64,000 bases of DNA, from assembly GCF_963921235.1 (NCBI RefSeq), contig NC_086109.1, positions 18,478,001 to 18,542,000 on the forward strand, given 5' to 3'. Every line of letters starts with the position of its first letter. Within the stretch, counting starts at the first letter, position 1. Of the stretch, positions 1-11,400 are shown in pieces. Source of the stretch: Mobula hypostoma. Its lineage: Eukaryota. The notes below the pieces were generated by a model, which made no database searches, was not told where the DNA came from, and saw only the letters and a list, made by a program, of their open reading frames with translations. The position numbers were made by a program, and so were the translations under genes.

Positions 1-1048
1 GAGGTACAAGAGCCTCAGGGCTCACACCACCAGGTACAGGAACAATTATTACCCCTCAATCATCAGGCTCTTGAATCAGAAGGGATAACTCTGTCAACTT
101 TATTTGCCCCATCATGTAACTGTTCCCACAACCTACGGACTCTCATTCAAGGACTTTTCATCTCATGTTCTTGATATTTATTGCTTGTTTATTTATTATT
201 ATTATTATTTTCTCTTTTGTATTTGCATTGTTGTTCTCTGGCACATTGGCTGTTTGTCCTGTTGGCTGTGGTCTTGCCTTGATTCTATTGCATTTCTTGG
301 ATTTACTGTGTATGCCTGCAAGAAAATGTATCTCAGGACTATACATAGAGGAGGGAGGAGAAGATGGCGGCGCGATGCAGCGCACGCGGCCATTCCGAAT
401 GAATATCGATATGTGTAACTAGGGGCCGTGCATCAATCCAGATTTGATGGGGATAGCTGTGAAAGCACAGAGGAACATCTGGAGTAACTTCTGAAATGCC
501 TGCTTCGCTGCCACCGCTACTGTGCGATCGAGAATCTCCGGAGACGAAGGACCCAAATCCTTGGCTTTGCCTATTGCCTGTTGCCGGGGCCCGGGTCAAA
601 ACACTCGGTAGAGATGGTGCTCGGTACATCCATGGCAGGAGGTGGTCAGAGGCTGGGAGAGTTTTTTGGACGGACTCGGAGTCGGACTGTGGTCGGATGC
701 TTCCGGGCTGCTGCACCGGCAAGTTGGCGGTGCTGGAGGTTTACCGTCTGCGTGAGATGATGGTACTTTGAGAGACTCTGAGAATCTTACTGTGCCATGG
801 TCTGTTCTTATCAAATTACGGTATTGCTTTGCACTGTTATAACTATATGTTATAATTATGTGGTTTTTGTTAGTTTTTAAGTTGGTTTGTCATGTGTTTT
901 CGTGATATCATTCTGGAAAAACATTCTTATCATTTCTTAATGCATGCATTACTAAATGACAATAAAAGGGGACTGCGTGTCCTCATAATCATAATTATGA
1001 TAATAATCATATGTCCTTTGCTAATAACTTTACTTTGAACCTTGAACC
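1..1048 (+). mobile_element. Rex1/Babar-type LINE 3' end, interrupted by the 348-1010 element
   Basis: Encodes RYKSLRAHTTRYRNNYYPSIIRLLN (typical Rex/Babar ORF C-terminus); tail resumes after 1010 (ctttgaaccttgaac). Confidence 0.7.
348..1010 (+). mobile_element. ~660-bp non-autonomous retroelement (5' AAGATGGCGGC, AATAAA, short-repeat tail)
   Basis: Second copy in opposite orientation at 13364-14041; both split older LINE tails. Confidence 0.75.
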
Positions 1049-1399
1049 ACTGACAACGTGTTCCATACAAACACTAATCTCTGTGGAGAAAACTCATGTT
1101 GGATCTTCTCCAGCCTAGAGGAATCATGTAAGTGTGGCACCTCCCAATACAGCACCTCCCTTGTCCTGTCTCAACTCGTTCCGGTAGCCTGCCCTAGGAA
1201 GCCTCTACCACAACACCCAGAGCATTTGTGAGTTAGTTTGGAAGAAGGCAACTTCAACATAGGTGAATAACATTCTGACACCCAAGTGACAGACTGCATC
1301 AAATCCATTGCCCAGGATTTTGACTTGAATACAACGCCCTGTGGGCATTTGGCCTTTATGATAGAGGGTGCAGTGGTAGTATCATCCTGAAAGGGAAAT

Positions 1400-2170
1400 A
1401 ATGATGCCCAAGAATGGAAAAAGCCTACAAAAATTGGTGCACACAGCCCAGTCCATCACAGGCAAAAACCTCCCCACCACTGAGCACATCTATGAGGGGC
1501 ACTGCTACAGGAAAGCAGAATCCATCAGCAAGAACCCCCACCATCCAGGCCATGCCATGCTCTCTTCTCACTGGGGAGGAGGTACAGGAGCCTTGTGGTC
1601 CCACATTACCAGGTTCAGGAACAGTTATTACCCATCAACCATCGGGCTCCTGAACCAACGAGGATAACTTCTACTTCAGTATTCGCCCCATCACTGAATT
1701 GATGCCACAACCTATGGACTCACTTTCAAGCAACACACATCAAAGTTGCTGATGAATGCAGCAGGCCAGGCAGCATCCCTAGGAAGAGGAACAGTCGACG
1801 TTTCGGACCTGATGAAGGGTCTCGGCCCGAAACGTTGACTGTACCTCTTCCTAGAGATGCTGCCTGGCCTGCTGCGTTCACCAGCAACTTTGATGTGTGT
1901 TGCTTGAATTTCCAGCATCTGCAGAATTCCTCGTGTTTACGTTTTTAGACTCACTTTCAATGTCTCTACAACTCATTTTCCCGGAATTTATTTATTATTT
2001 TTATTTGTTCATTTTGTCTTCTTTTGCATATTGGATGTTTGTCAGTCTTTGTAGATTTTCGTCGATTCTGTTGTATTTCTTTACTCTACTTTGAATGCCT
2101 ACAAAAAATGAATCTCAAGGTCGTATCTGGGATATTTACATATTTTTTAATAAATTTATCTGAACTTTTA
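1400..2170 (+). mobile_element. Rex1/Babar-type LINE 3' end split by a Penelope insertion
   Basis: LQKLVHTAQSITGKNLP..KNPHHPGH..TRFRNSYYPSTIGLLN; same tail family as 1-1048. Confidence 0.75.
1730..1947. mobile_element. Penelope-like element, tail-only inverted (palindromic) insertion
   Basis: Inverted arms ~1724-1806 / ~1826-1908; CTGATGA..GAAAC core at 1809-1833; TSD GACTCACTTTCAA at 1717-1729 and 1948-1960. Confidence 0.8.
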
Positions 2171-2964
2171 GTGCGGCTAATCTCGGACTTGTTGAGGTAG
2201 TGTATAGCCATACACAAACTTTTCCATGTGGAGAATCAATCAGGTGATTGCAGTACAAGCACACAAAGGCGTTACCAGCCCTTGATACAAGAGGAGACTT
2301 CCCACTGGCTTTGAATCCTGGAGCAATATGAAATGCAAGCAAACCTTGAGACTGTGTAGGTGCAGTACTGGAGAAGATCAAGGACCAGTAAACACTGGGC
2401 TCCCCATTCACCATCATGGACTCCAATGTCTTTGACATAATGGCCAGTAACTTCTCAGGATGAACATGACAGTATAAAATCACTGCAAACACCTTTTTAC
2501 AGTTTATCCATGCATTTGCCATGCTGTTAGGTGGTAATTGTGTTTGAGTGTTACATATAAATTTTTGATGGCATAAATAATATTAAAATGCTATTCTGTG
2601 CACTTATAAAATCTATCTATGTTAATTACAAGTAGAGGGTTCTGGGCATTCACAGCTAACTTGAATCATTCATTAGCAACAAGCAAATGAATGAATGGCT
2701 GTTTCAATTAATGTCTGTTTTCACTATATTCAGCAATTAGTATAATGTTAAAAAAACTTGCTATAAGTAAAGATGGAGCACTGAATTTTATTTCTCAATA
2801 AAAGTGATAGAGTGGAAACAGCCTTTACTTTGTTTTCATGTAATCATTGGGTTGGGATGGAGAATTGCTGGGATCTTGCAGGGCACCATCAGCAGAAACA
2901 TCAGGAAACAACTGGTCCCTGGCTCTGGGCAGCACAGCAGTGTAACAGGCTATCATAGTTAGGT

Positions 2965-3260
2965 TGCTGGGTAGCACAGTAACATTGTGGTTAGTGTATT
3001 GCCTTACAGCACCAATGATCACCAATTGGGTTTTATTTCCTGCTGCCGTCTATAGGGAATTTATATTTTCTCCCTGTGACTAGGTGGGTTTCCTCTGAGT
3101 TCTCCGATTTCCACTCACATTCCAAAGACCTACAGTTAGAGGTCGTAAATTGTAGGCATCCAATATTGGCTGTCAGCATCCTCCTCGCTGATTTGACTTG
3201 TTGCAAACCACATATCACTGTATGTTTTGATGCACATATGACAAATAACGCTAATCTTTT
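2965..3260 (+). mobile_element. Old tRNA-derived SINE
   Basis: tRNA-like head (tggttagtgtattgccttacagcacc) and a gtgggtttcctc..ttccactcacattccaaagac core shared with 29045-29320 and 39810-40080. Confidence 0.5.
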
Positions 3261-3944
3261 CTTGAACTTCCTTTCTGCTTGTCCAATGAGGTTGCTCCAG
3301 ATGGTTCCTGACTAATTTTGTCCACTTTGTCCATCTCCACACACATTCCCTTAAGGCGCAGTTCTTCCTGCCGAGCAAAGATTAGCAACACACGGGAGGA
3401 AACGATTGTACCTGCCGCAATTCAGATAAGCATTGTAAAGTTCCATCTGTGGTTCTGTGACGAAGTGATGAAAGATCAGTTTTGAATTCATTGGATGGTG
3501 GAACAGGCAGGAAGGGCTGAATGGTTCTCAGCCTCTCCTATTATATATCTCATGATCCATCAAGGGACTGGATCATAGTCTTCCATCCCAACACCTGAGT
3601 GTCAAAGGCCTTCCTTCAACAAATGACAATATCCGTTGCTTCTGTTGGAAGCACTTTCCACTGAGAATTCACTCTGAACCAGGACACATGCCACAGAGTA
3701 GACCATGGAAGTTCCACTGCTGAAGAACACTATGTGTGCACTCATGGTGTGCCTTGATGTGGAGGGTGTATGGATGGAAGCTGGTAGCTGGCAGAGGTTG
3801 ATTTGTGACATTGAAGAAGATCCAGGTTGATTCTTATATTTCAAGGAATGGGAAGCAATCCTGTTTCTCTGGCCATTTCAACCACTCATCTTCTGCTTCC
3901 TAACATTCCACTCCTGCCTACTAATCAGGTATGACTCTACGACC

Positions 3945-4300
3945 ATCAGACAATAAAGTATCGGAGCAAAGTTAGGCCACTCAGCCTATCGAGTCTTCGC
4001 CATTCTATCATGGCTGATTAATGATCCCTCTCAACCCAATTCTCCTGCCTTCTACCTGTGACCTTTGATACCCTTACTAATCAAGAACCTATCAACCTCT
4101 GCTTTAAATATACGCCGATGACTTGGCCTCCACAGTCATCCACGACAATGAATTCCACAGATTTGCCACCCTCTAGCTAAAGAAATCCTCCTTTTTTCTG
4201 TTCTAAAGGAACATCCTTGTATTCTGATACTCTGCCTTCTGGTTCCAGACTCCCTCACTCCTCTCTATGTCCACCTTACCTAGGCCTTTCAATATTCGAT
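3945..4300 (-). mobile_element. CR1 LINE 3' fragment
   Basis: Reverse complement resembles the CR1 3' ends at 33800-34090 and 58453-58860. Confidence 0.7.
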
Positions 4301-4861
4301 AGCTATGTTTAGTACAGCCATATTAAATATGGCCGTTAGTGTAACATACTAATCAGGCTCGAGTGTCAAATCTCATGGAGCTCTTGCTGCTGAATTTGGA
4401 ATAGTTTTAATTCTTCTTCCACAGTTAAAAGCAAGGCTGCTTGGTACTTGGTCACTTAACTCCTTCCTGAATTCTGGGAGCTTGTTGTGTATAGAAAACA
4501 ATCAACGGTTTAAGGGATATTCTGAGATGCTACATAAATGAAACGTCTTCCTTCCTGGGAGAAACAGAAGAAAAATAGAGGCCATGATGAGAAGGAAACA
4601 GATCCTTGTGAAATCTCATTCCAAATTTTGACCCATGTGTAAATTACATTTCATTCTCTTAAAGAGGCAATTATTTGCTGCATTTCTCCCCCTAAGCTGC
4701 TTCATTCAATAAAGTCTATGCACAAACTTCCATTGCTCATTATTAGTGCCAGAAGAGGGAATTTAATAATGACCTGAATAACAATTCTGCTTAATTATTT
4801 AATCTCATGCAAATGTCAAATATAAAATGCTGAGTTTTGCTTCTGTCTTCTAACTGAAGGT

Positions 4862-6268
4862 CTAAGTAAGTTTCTTAACATTAATAATGCTGACATTTCT
4901 GACACTGGTTGTGGCAGGATTTTGAGTGGCTATTCTGTCACCATCCCTAATGGCATTTAATTTGGCTTTTCGACTGAGGCTTTTATTGGGATTTACAATA
5001 GTGATAGTATTAATTTCTTCACTGGTGCTTCTGCTGAACTTTTGAATAGGGCTTCTTCTAGGGTTTTGAATTATGATCCTGCTGTGATTTTTAATGTCAA
5101 TTCTGCTCAATTTTTGATTAAGGATCCCATTCATTTTTTTAGTGACCTTCCCACGGGGGGACTGCGTGGTGATAATTTTGGATGGTTGATTAGGAACGCC
5201 ACTGATGCTTCCACTGTTACTTCTGCTGGGTTTTTGGACAGCAGTCTTGTTGGAGTGTTGAATGGTGACAGTGTACCTGTTTTTGATGTTTCTTGGGCTT
5301 TGGTTTGTATCATTTTTAATGAGGATATTATAATTTTTAATGGCAACTGACAAACAGTCATTCCCAGTTGTCACCCGTGGATTTCCAGAGGCCATCTTCA
5401 AATTGCTCCCAGTAGTCATCCTTGGATTTCCAGTAGCTATCATCAAAGGATTTTGATTGGTTGCTCCTGACATTTGAGTGGCATTTACCACTGGGTTTAC
5501 AGGGATAATTCTCCCAGGGTTCTCATTGACAGTTGCTGAACGTTTCTTGGTGATGTTTAACCTAGGTACAGCTACCAAAGAACCATCAGTATTCTTGATG
5601 GCAGCAATCCAATGACTTCCAGTGGGAGTCACCAGAGAGTTTCTAGTCCTTGCCAGCCTTGGGTTCTTACGGGGGTTTCTAATAGTTGGTGCTCCAGGGT
5701 TCTTTGTAACAATTGCTGAAATATTTCCAGTGATGCTTGACTCATAGTTTTTCATTACATTTTCCCTAAGCTTTTTAGCAGCAGTGCACAATTTCTTTCT
5801 GATAAAATACCCGTGAAACACCTTGGGGTGTTTATGCATATTAAAAGTGCTAGATAAATGCAAATCTTTATTTCTGGTGGTAAACATAGAAGAGAGTTTT
5901 ACTACTTTTATTCTTGGTCTTCTGGTAGCTGTTGTACATTGTTTAAAAGACATCATTCTCCTCAAACGTCTAGCTGGCATTCTAGAAATCCTGGCAATAT
6001 TTCCCATGGTAGAAATTCGATCTTTATTTGCATATCGCAACTTTCTGGTTTCTGCTGTAAAAGGAATTGTGTACTTTTGGTTGCATGTTCTCCATTCAGG
6101 TTCAAAGCAATAAGTCGACAGATCTTCTGGGTCCAGTTCAATCCCAATTACTTCCCAAAGGGAAGATTCGGAATCTGCACCAGCTGAAGAAAGACCACAG
6201 AAAGAATTGTTATTCTCAGCAGGACAAATAAAATATTGCCAAAGCCACATCTCAATCAGATAATCCAT
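4862..6268 (-). CDS. Orphan 468-aa ORF, basic, with degenerate octapeptide repeats; function unknown
   Basis: Uninterrupted 1407-nt ATG..TAG frame in non-repeat DNA, with an in-frame stop 16 codons upstream of the ATG and ATTAAA motifs ~60-100 nt past the stop. No transposon motifs; 8-aa periodicity visible. Confidence 0.6.
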   Translation of the reverse strand: MDYLIEMWLWQYFICPAENNNSFCGLSSAGADSESSLWEVIGIELDPEDLSTYCFEPEWRTCNQKYTIPFTAETRKLRYANKDRISTMGNIARISRMPARRLRRMMSFKQCTTATRRPRIKVVKLSSMFTTRNKDLHLSSTFNMHKHPKVFHGYFIRKKLCTAAKKLRENVMKNYESSITGNISAIVTKNPGAPTIRNPRKNPRLARTRNSLVTPTGSHWIAAIKNTDGSLVAVPRLNITKKRSATVNENPGRIIPVNPVVNATQMSGATNQNPLMIATGNPRMTTGSNLKMASGNPRVTTGNDCLSVAIKNYNILIKNDTNQSPRNIKNRYTVTIQHSNKTAVQKPSRSNSGSISGVPNQPSKIITTQSPRGKVTKKMNGILNQKLSRIDIKNHSRIIIQNPRRSPIQKFSRSTSEEINTITIVNPNKSLSRKAKLNAIRDGDRIATQNPATTSVRNVSIINVKKLT

Positions 6269-7160
6269 TGGTTGAACCAGACTCGATTTATGCTCATGAC
6301 TCAGATCAGTATGTTATTACAGAGGAAATGCTAGAACGTTCATAAAGATGATGCAAGAACTAAGAGGGCGTCTTCACCAGGCAACAGGAGAGGGCTTTTA
6401 TAGAAGGGAAGGTTTTGGTTTGATAGGGAATGGTTTTACACTGTGGAAGGATTTGAATGAAAATTGTAGAGAAAGTGTAAATTGAGAAGACCAGAATTAG
6501 AGTCATAGAATCACAGAAAAGTACAGCACAGAAACAGCCCCTTTGGCCCATCTATCTGTTCTGAACCATTTATACTGCCTACTCTCATCTCCCTACACTG
6601 GGACAATAGCCCTCTATTAGTTGATAGGAATATAAAGGTGGTACCTGTTTCAACTCCTCATTTTGCCTCTGATGGGTAAAGTTCACAACTCACTCCATGA
6701 CATGAGGTAGTGTCGTACTGGCAGAGATGTTGATGGAGAGCTGAGACAATGGTGAACAGCAGGTTGCCCATATCTGGAGCCTGGCAAAACCCTGTCACCT
6801 TATCCTAGTCAAAACTTTGCCTGTGATTCATGAGGAATGGGAACGACTCAAGCTGAGGCCTATATCATGCTGTGTGTTTAAAGCCCTTCAGAAAATGTCT
6901 CTTCTCTGCACATTCAGCCACACTATCCCTCTGAACTCTAATAACCTTTTTAACTGTTCTGGCTACTTCATTAAATCCTTTTAAACAGATTCATATATTG
7001 GAAAGATCTATTTTAATAATCGTGAAGTGTTTAAGATGATAAATGGTAAGTACTCTTGAGGTAATTCCTGATGTAACTACTCATCAAGGTGCAAAATCTC
7101 CTCCAGGCTTTGAGTTAAAAAAAATCCTGAGTTTTGTATTAGATTTATCTGGGATTTATT

Positions 7161-7272
7161 CTCATCCCTTTTTGCTTAAAACGTTTATTCTCATTTCCCT
7201 TTTAGATTTATCTGGGACGGATATATCTAAAAGGGAAATGAGAATAAACAGTTTTAAGCAAAAAGGGATGAG
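7161..7272. repeat. ~50-bp-arm inverted repeat (hairpin) in unique sequence
   Basis: ctcatccctttttgcttaaaac-gtttattctcatttcccttttagatttatc / gatatatctaaaagggaaatgagaataaacagttttaagcaaaaagggatgag; about 1 mismatch and 1 indel, ~7-nt loop. Confidence 0.9.
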
Positions 7273-8419
7273 GATTTTTTTTATCTCGTGGAATAGTGAA
7301 ACAGGTACCAGAGTACACTTACACACAGGAGGAAAAAGGAACAGAAATGTACAGTGATAATGTTGGATAAAAAGGCTGGGAAAGGAATGGGAGACAGAGA
7401 TGGTAGTTATTATGGAGAAGTAGATTCGCAGATTCGGTAAGTGGGACAGAAGACACTGATTGTGATCAAGCACTTTAACTATTTATTTACAAGCAGTGAA
7501 ACACTCAACCAAGCATCTAAGTCAAACAATACTCAGCCAAACCACCCTAAGTTACAAAATCTATGATACTAAACATTCAGTAACACTGCTAACTTAACCA
7601 GTACGTCATTAAATCTTCCCAAGTTACACAAAAATGAAATTAGATATTCAACAAACAAGTACTTATCTAAGTGTAAGTGTGTGTGTGTGGGCCCCCCCTG
7701 TCTGCAGCACACTTTCCCAATGGTTTTTCGGCACTGGCTGCGACCTCATTCTGAAGAGAGCCCCTAGTGAAAGAGGCAGAGTCTCTTGCACGCATTATTC
7801 TTATACCCCAGGTGGGTCTGGAATTGGAGGCCGGTGCCGTGGTGCGAAAGCTAGCCAATGGGAAAGACATCCTTAAGCAGGTTTCCAGATGATCTGCATA
7901 AGTGGCTTTTGGCTGGCAAGTAAGTTAAGCCTTCACATTACAGAGATAAACTAGTTTATTATTGTCATATGTACAGATCTACAGTGAAAGCTTGTCTTAC
8001 GTACTATTCGTGTTAATCAACAGTGCATTGACTGCATTGAGGTAGCACAAGGTAAAACATCACCAGAGTGCAGAATAAAGTGTTTCACGCAGAGCACAAA
8101 CACCAAAATAGAATGATACTTTAAAAATATCTCGTACCAAATGTGTTCAAGATGTTGCCCATCTGCGCCAATGTCCGTGTTGCCTTGCACTCTTCCTTTC
8201 ACACAACAATTTCAGCACTCCAAGCTGAGGAAAAATATTGCAGTCATAAATATCATTATGTCATCTTATGTTGCAGTTGTGAAAGCAGAAAAAATATTCG
8301 GGGATCTTTTGAGAGGGCGGTGTGCTCCACGTCATTAGGTATGTTTTCATTTGCCATGGATTTTAAGAGCTGTGAAGTAATGTTGGAGCTCTATAAAACT
8401 CTTGCTAGATCACACATTT

Positions 8420-11400
8420 GAATGACAAGAATGTGCATTATGGCCCAAGTACCGAGGGAGAGTGACACACTGAAGCTAAACAACATTTCACTGACTTTTA
8501 ATAGGAACTGTGCAGAAATAAAAGGAAAAAAAACAAGAAATGCTAGACCATTAACTAGAACTTTCAAACCAAAGCTTATATCGACACAACGGCTCAGCTG
8601 GTGTAGCTTAATACTAAATAAAAGCCTCTCCTTAACAGCAATGGTCTAAATGGTAGTCTTCTTTCTTGGAACAATACAACAGTAAGCAGGAAGCATTGAC
8701 TTTGCACTGCTTTTGGTCAAAGTCCTGACAAGAGTAAAACAAGAGGAAGGGAGTTAGATGCCACCACACTGAAATGCTAATTGGCTGGCATGTGCATTCG
8801 CAGGAGTGTGATTACTCAACCCGTTCTGCAGCCCGCCTGCGAGGACACCCAGATTCTCTGATTGTGACAGGGCCCCCTCCCTAGTCATCCCCCTCCCATG
8901 GTGCCAGAGACCTGTGCCTGCCGTAAGTTGCGGATGAGGGACTTGTCCAGGATGTCATGGGCCAGAACCAGAGAGCATTCTTCAGGGCCATACCACTGCA
9001 ATCCATGAGACAATGGGCCCTTCCCTGCACCCAGCGAGATGCCAGGAGGCACTACACAGTATAGTCCAGGGACCTATGCACCAAGTGAGAGGAGGGGGAG
9101 ATGAGTGACTGGAACGAAGTAGGAGGTGGTCACTGCCTTGAGCTGGAATACTGGATGAACCTCTATTGATGATGGTAAATGCAAACTATATGAGAACTCA
9201 TTGATAGCCTTTTCCACTACAAACATTCCCACATAGTGTGGGGCCAACTTGCAGCTCTCAACTTTCAAGGGAATGTCTTAGACGCCTGCCAGACTTTCTC
9301 CCTGGCTTGAGAGACGACGCTGATCAGCCTCTCGGGCATGTTGTTTCAGAGAAGTTCTGGCCTGTCTCCACATGCACTTGGAGCATTAGACCAACCATTC
9401 ACAGCAGTACCTCCCATGTCAATTGCTTGGTCAGGGAAAAGTGGTGGCTGGAATTGCTTTTGGCATTTAAAGCGGTACATGCCGGTGGATGACAACTGGA
9501 GGTTATTTGGGCAACCTTCGCCCAAACCAGTTGGGAGCTCCAGGTTGGAAGAGACAGGGTTGTTTCCAGCTCTTGATTCACTCTCTCAATTTGGCTGTTA
9601 GATTGGGGGTGGAAAGATGAGAGGTTGGCTGTGGCTCCTACAAGACAACAGAAGGCCTTCCCAAAATGGGATGTGAATGATCAGACACTATCTCCTGAGG
9701 GAAGCTGTGCAGTCTGAACATGCCTGAATCATTAGGATGGCAGTCTCATGGACCAATGGAAAATAGATGGCTACCAAAATCGTTTCTTGATAAATTCCAA
9801 GGTCCACTGAATTCCCGGCTGTCCAACCAGACCGGAGGAGTGTGCCCATTCCAACACTTTGGGGCACTCCATGGCAGGGTCAAACAGCTGGTTAGGAGAA
9901 TCCCACCTGGTCCTGCATCCAACTGTTAGGTTTCTGTCACCTCCACCTTTATTCCACAAGTCACCGGAGCAGCAATACACCAGCAAGGAAAGATGGGCTC
10001 TGGGTTGGCTTTGTCTCCCAACACGTTGAACTGCCAGGAGAGAGCATTGGCCTTGGTATTCTTGCTGCCAGGATGGTAGGTGAGGGTGAAGTTAAAACTG
10101 ATGATCAGGAAAGCCCGACGGGTTTGACAGGAGTTGAGTCTTTGGCGCACTGAATGTAGCAGAGGTTCTTGTGATTTGCCAAAACTGGAAGAGGATGCTC
10201 TGTCCCCTCCAGACAGTGTTGCTATGCTTCTAGGGCCTCATGGACAGCCAGAAGTTCCAAGTTCCTGATGTCATGGTTACACGCAGCAGGAGTCAAGCGA
10301 TGGGAAAGAAAGGCACAGGGGTGCAGCCGGTTATCCAGTGAAGAGTACTAGGAGAGTACTGCTCTAATGCCAATGCCTGATGTGTCAATGATGAAAGGAT
10401 GGAGTGGGTCTGGGTGATGGAGCACTGGGGAAGTGTAAAGCATCTGAGAATGCTTGGACTGTTTTGTTTGTCCAAAGGAATCTTGCAGATGTTTTCTTGG
10501 TGAGTGAATTTATGGGGGCCACAATGGAACTGAGGACTCTGATGAAGTGACAAGAAAGGATAGCAGACCCTATGAAGTGCCTCACCTGTTTGACTGTGGA
10601 TGGTTCGGGCAGCCGGAAACATCATGAATCTCTCTATAGTTGCCTTCTTGCACAAGTTGGAGGGGTTCTATGGAAAGGTGAATCTTGCAGTAATCAGTGG
10701 CTGGCCATTCAGGGACTCGATGTTGATATTTTCTCTCAAATGTTGAGCAAGAACTCTCCATTTTTGAGCTAGAGAGAGATTCATGAACTTTCTGGCTGCC
10801 CTGGAGGCAATAAATTCCTCAAGCCCTTGGGTCTGAAACCCCCATGACAAGGAAGCTGGGAGCATTACACAATTGGGGAAGATGCTTGTAGGGAGAATTG
10901 ACCCATCAGAACTCCCCTTCCTGCAAATGGGTATCCTCTTTTACCGGATGCTTGGGACAAGAAGCCTGGTTCACCACAACAGAAGCAGGAAAAAACTTAA
11001 CTGAGCCAATCTTGTTCCTCCTGAGAGAGGTGTATGCGTCTCACCTGCACAGGCTCTTCTGCAGACTGCGTACCGGGTACTGCGAGAAAGGGTGAAGACA
11101 AACTATGATCTATGGAATGGGTAGCTGAGGGCATTCTTTCTCTGCGTCACTCATTTGCCCGGCTGTCTATTCGAATGGCCAGATTAGTCAAGTCATCCAG
11201 GCTGTCCTGCTCATCACACATTGTGATCTCATGTCAGACACTTGTGCCCAGTCCCAGGAGGAAGGCAATGATGAAGGATCTATCACTCCAGCCAAGCTCC
11301 ACCGCAAGCATGTGGAACGTTACTGCGTAGTCCCTCACTGTCCCTCTACCTTGGTGCAAATCCAGGAGTAGTTGAACAGACTCACGACCCCATACTGGAA

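Noticed and set aside
2136..2522. 128-aa minus-strand ORF
   Set aside because: No recognisable motif, ends inside a LINE tail, and its length is compatible with chance.
7410..7945. Possible solo LTR
   Set aside because: LTR-like texture, but termini and TSD could not be defined.
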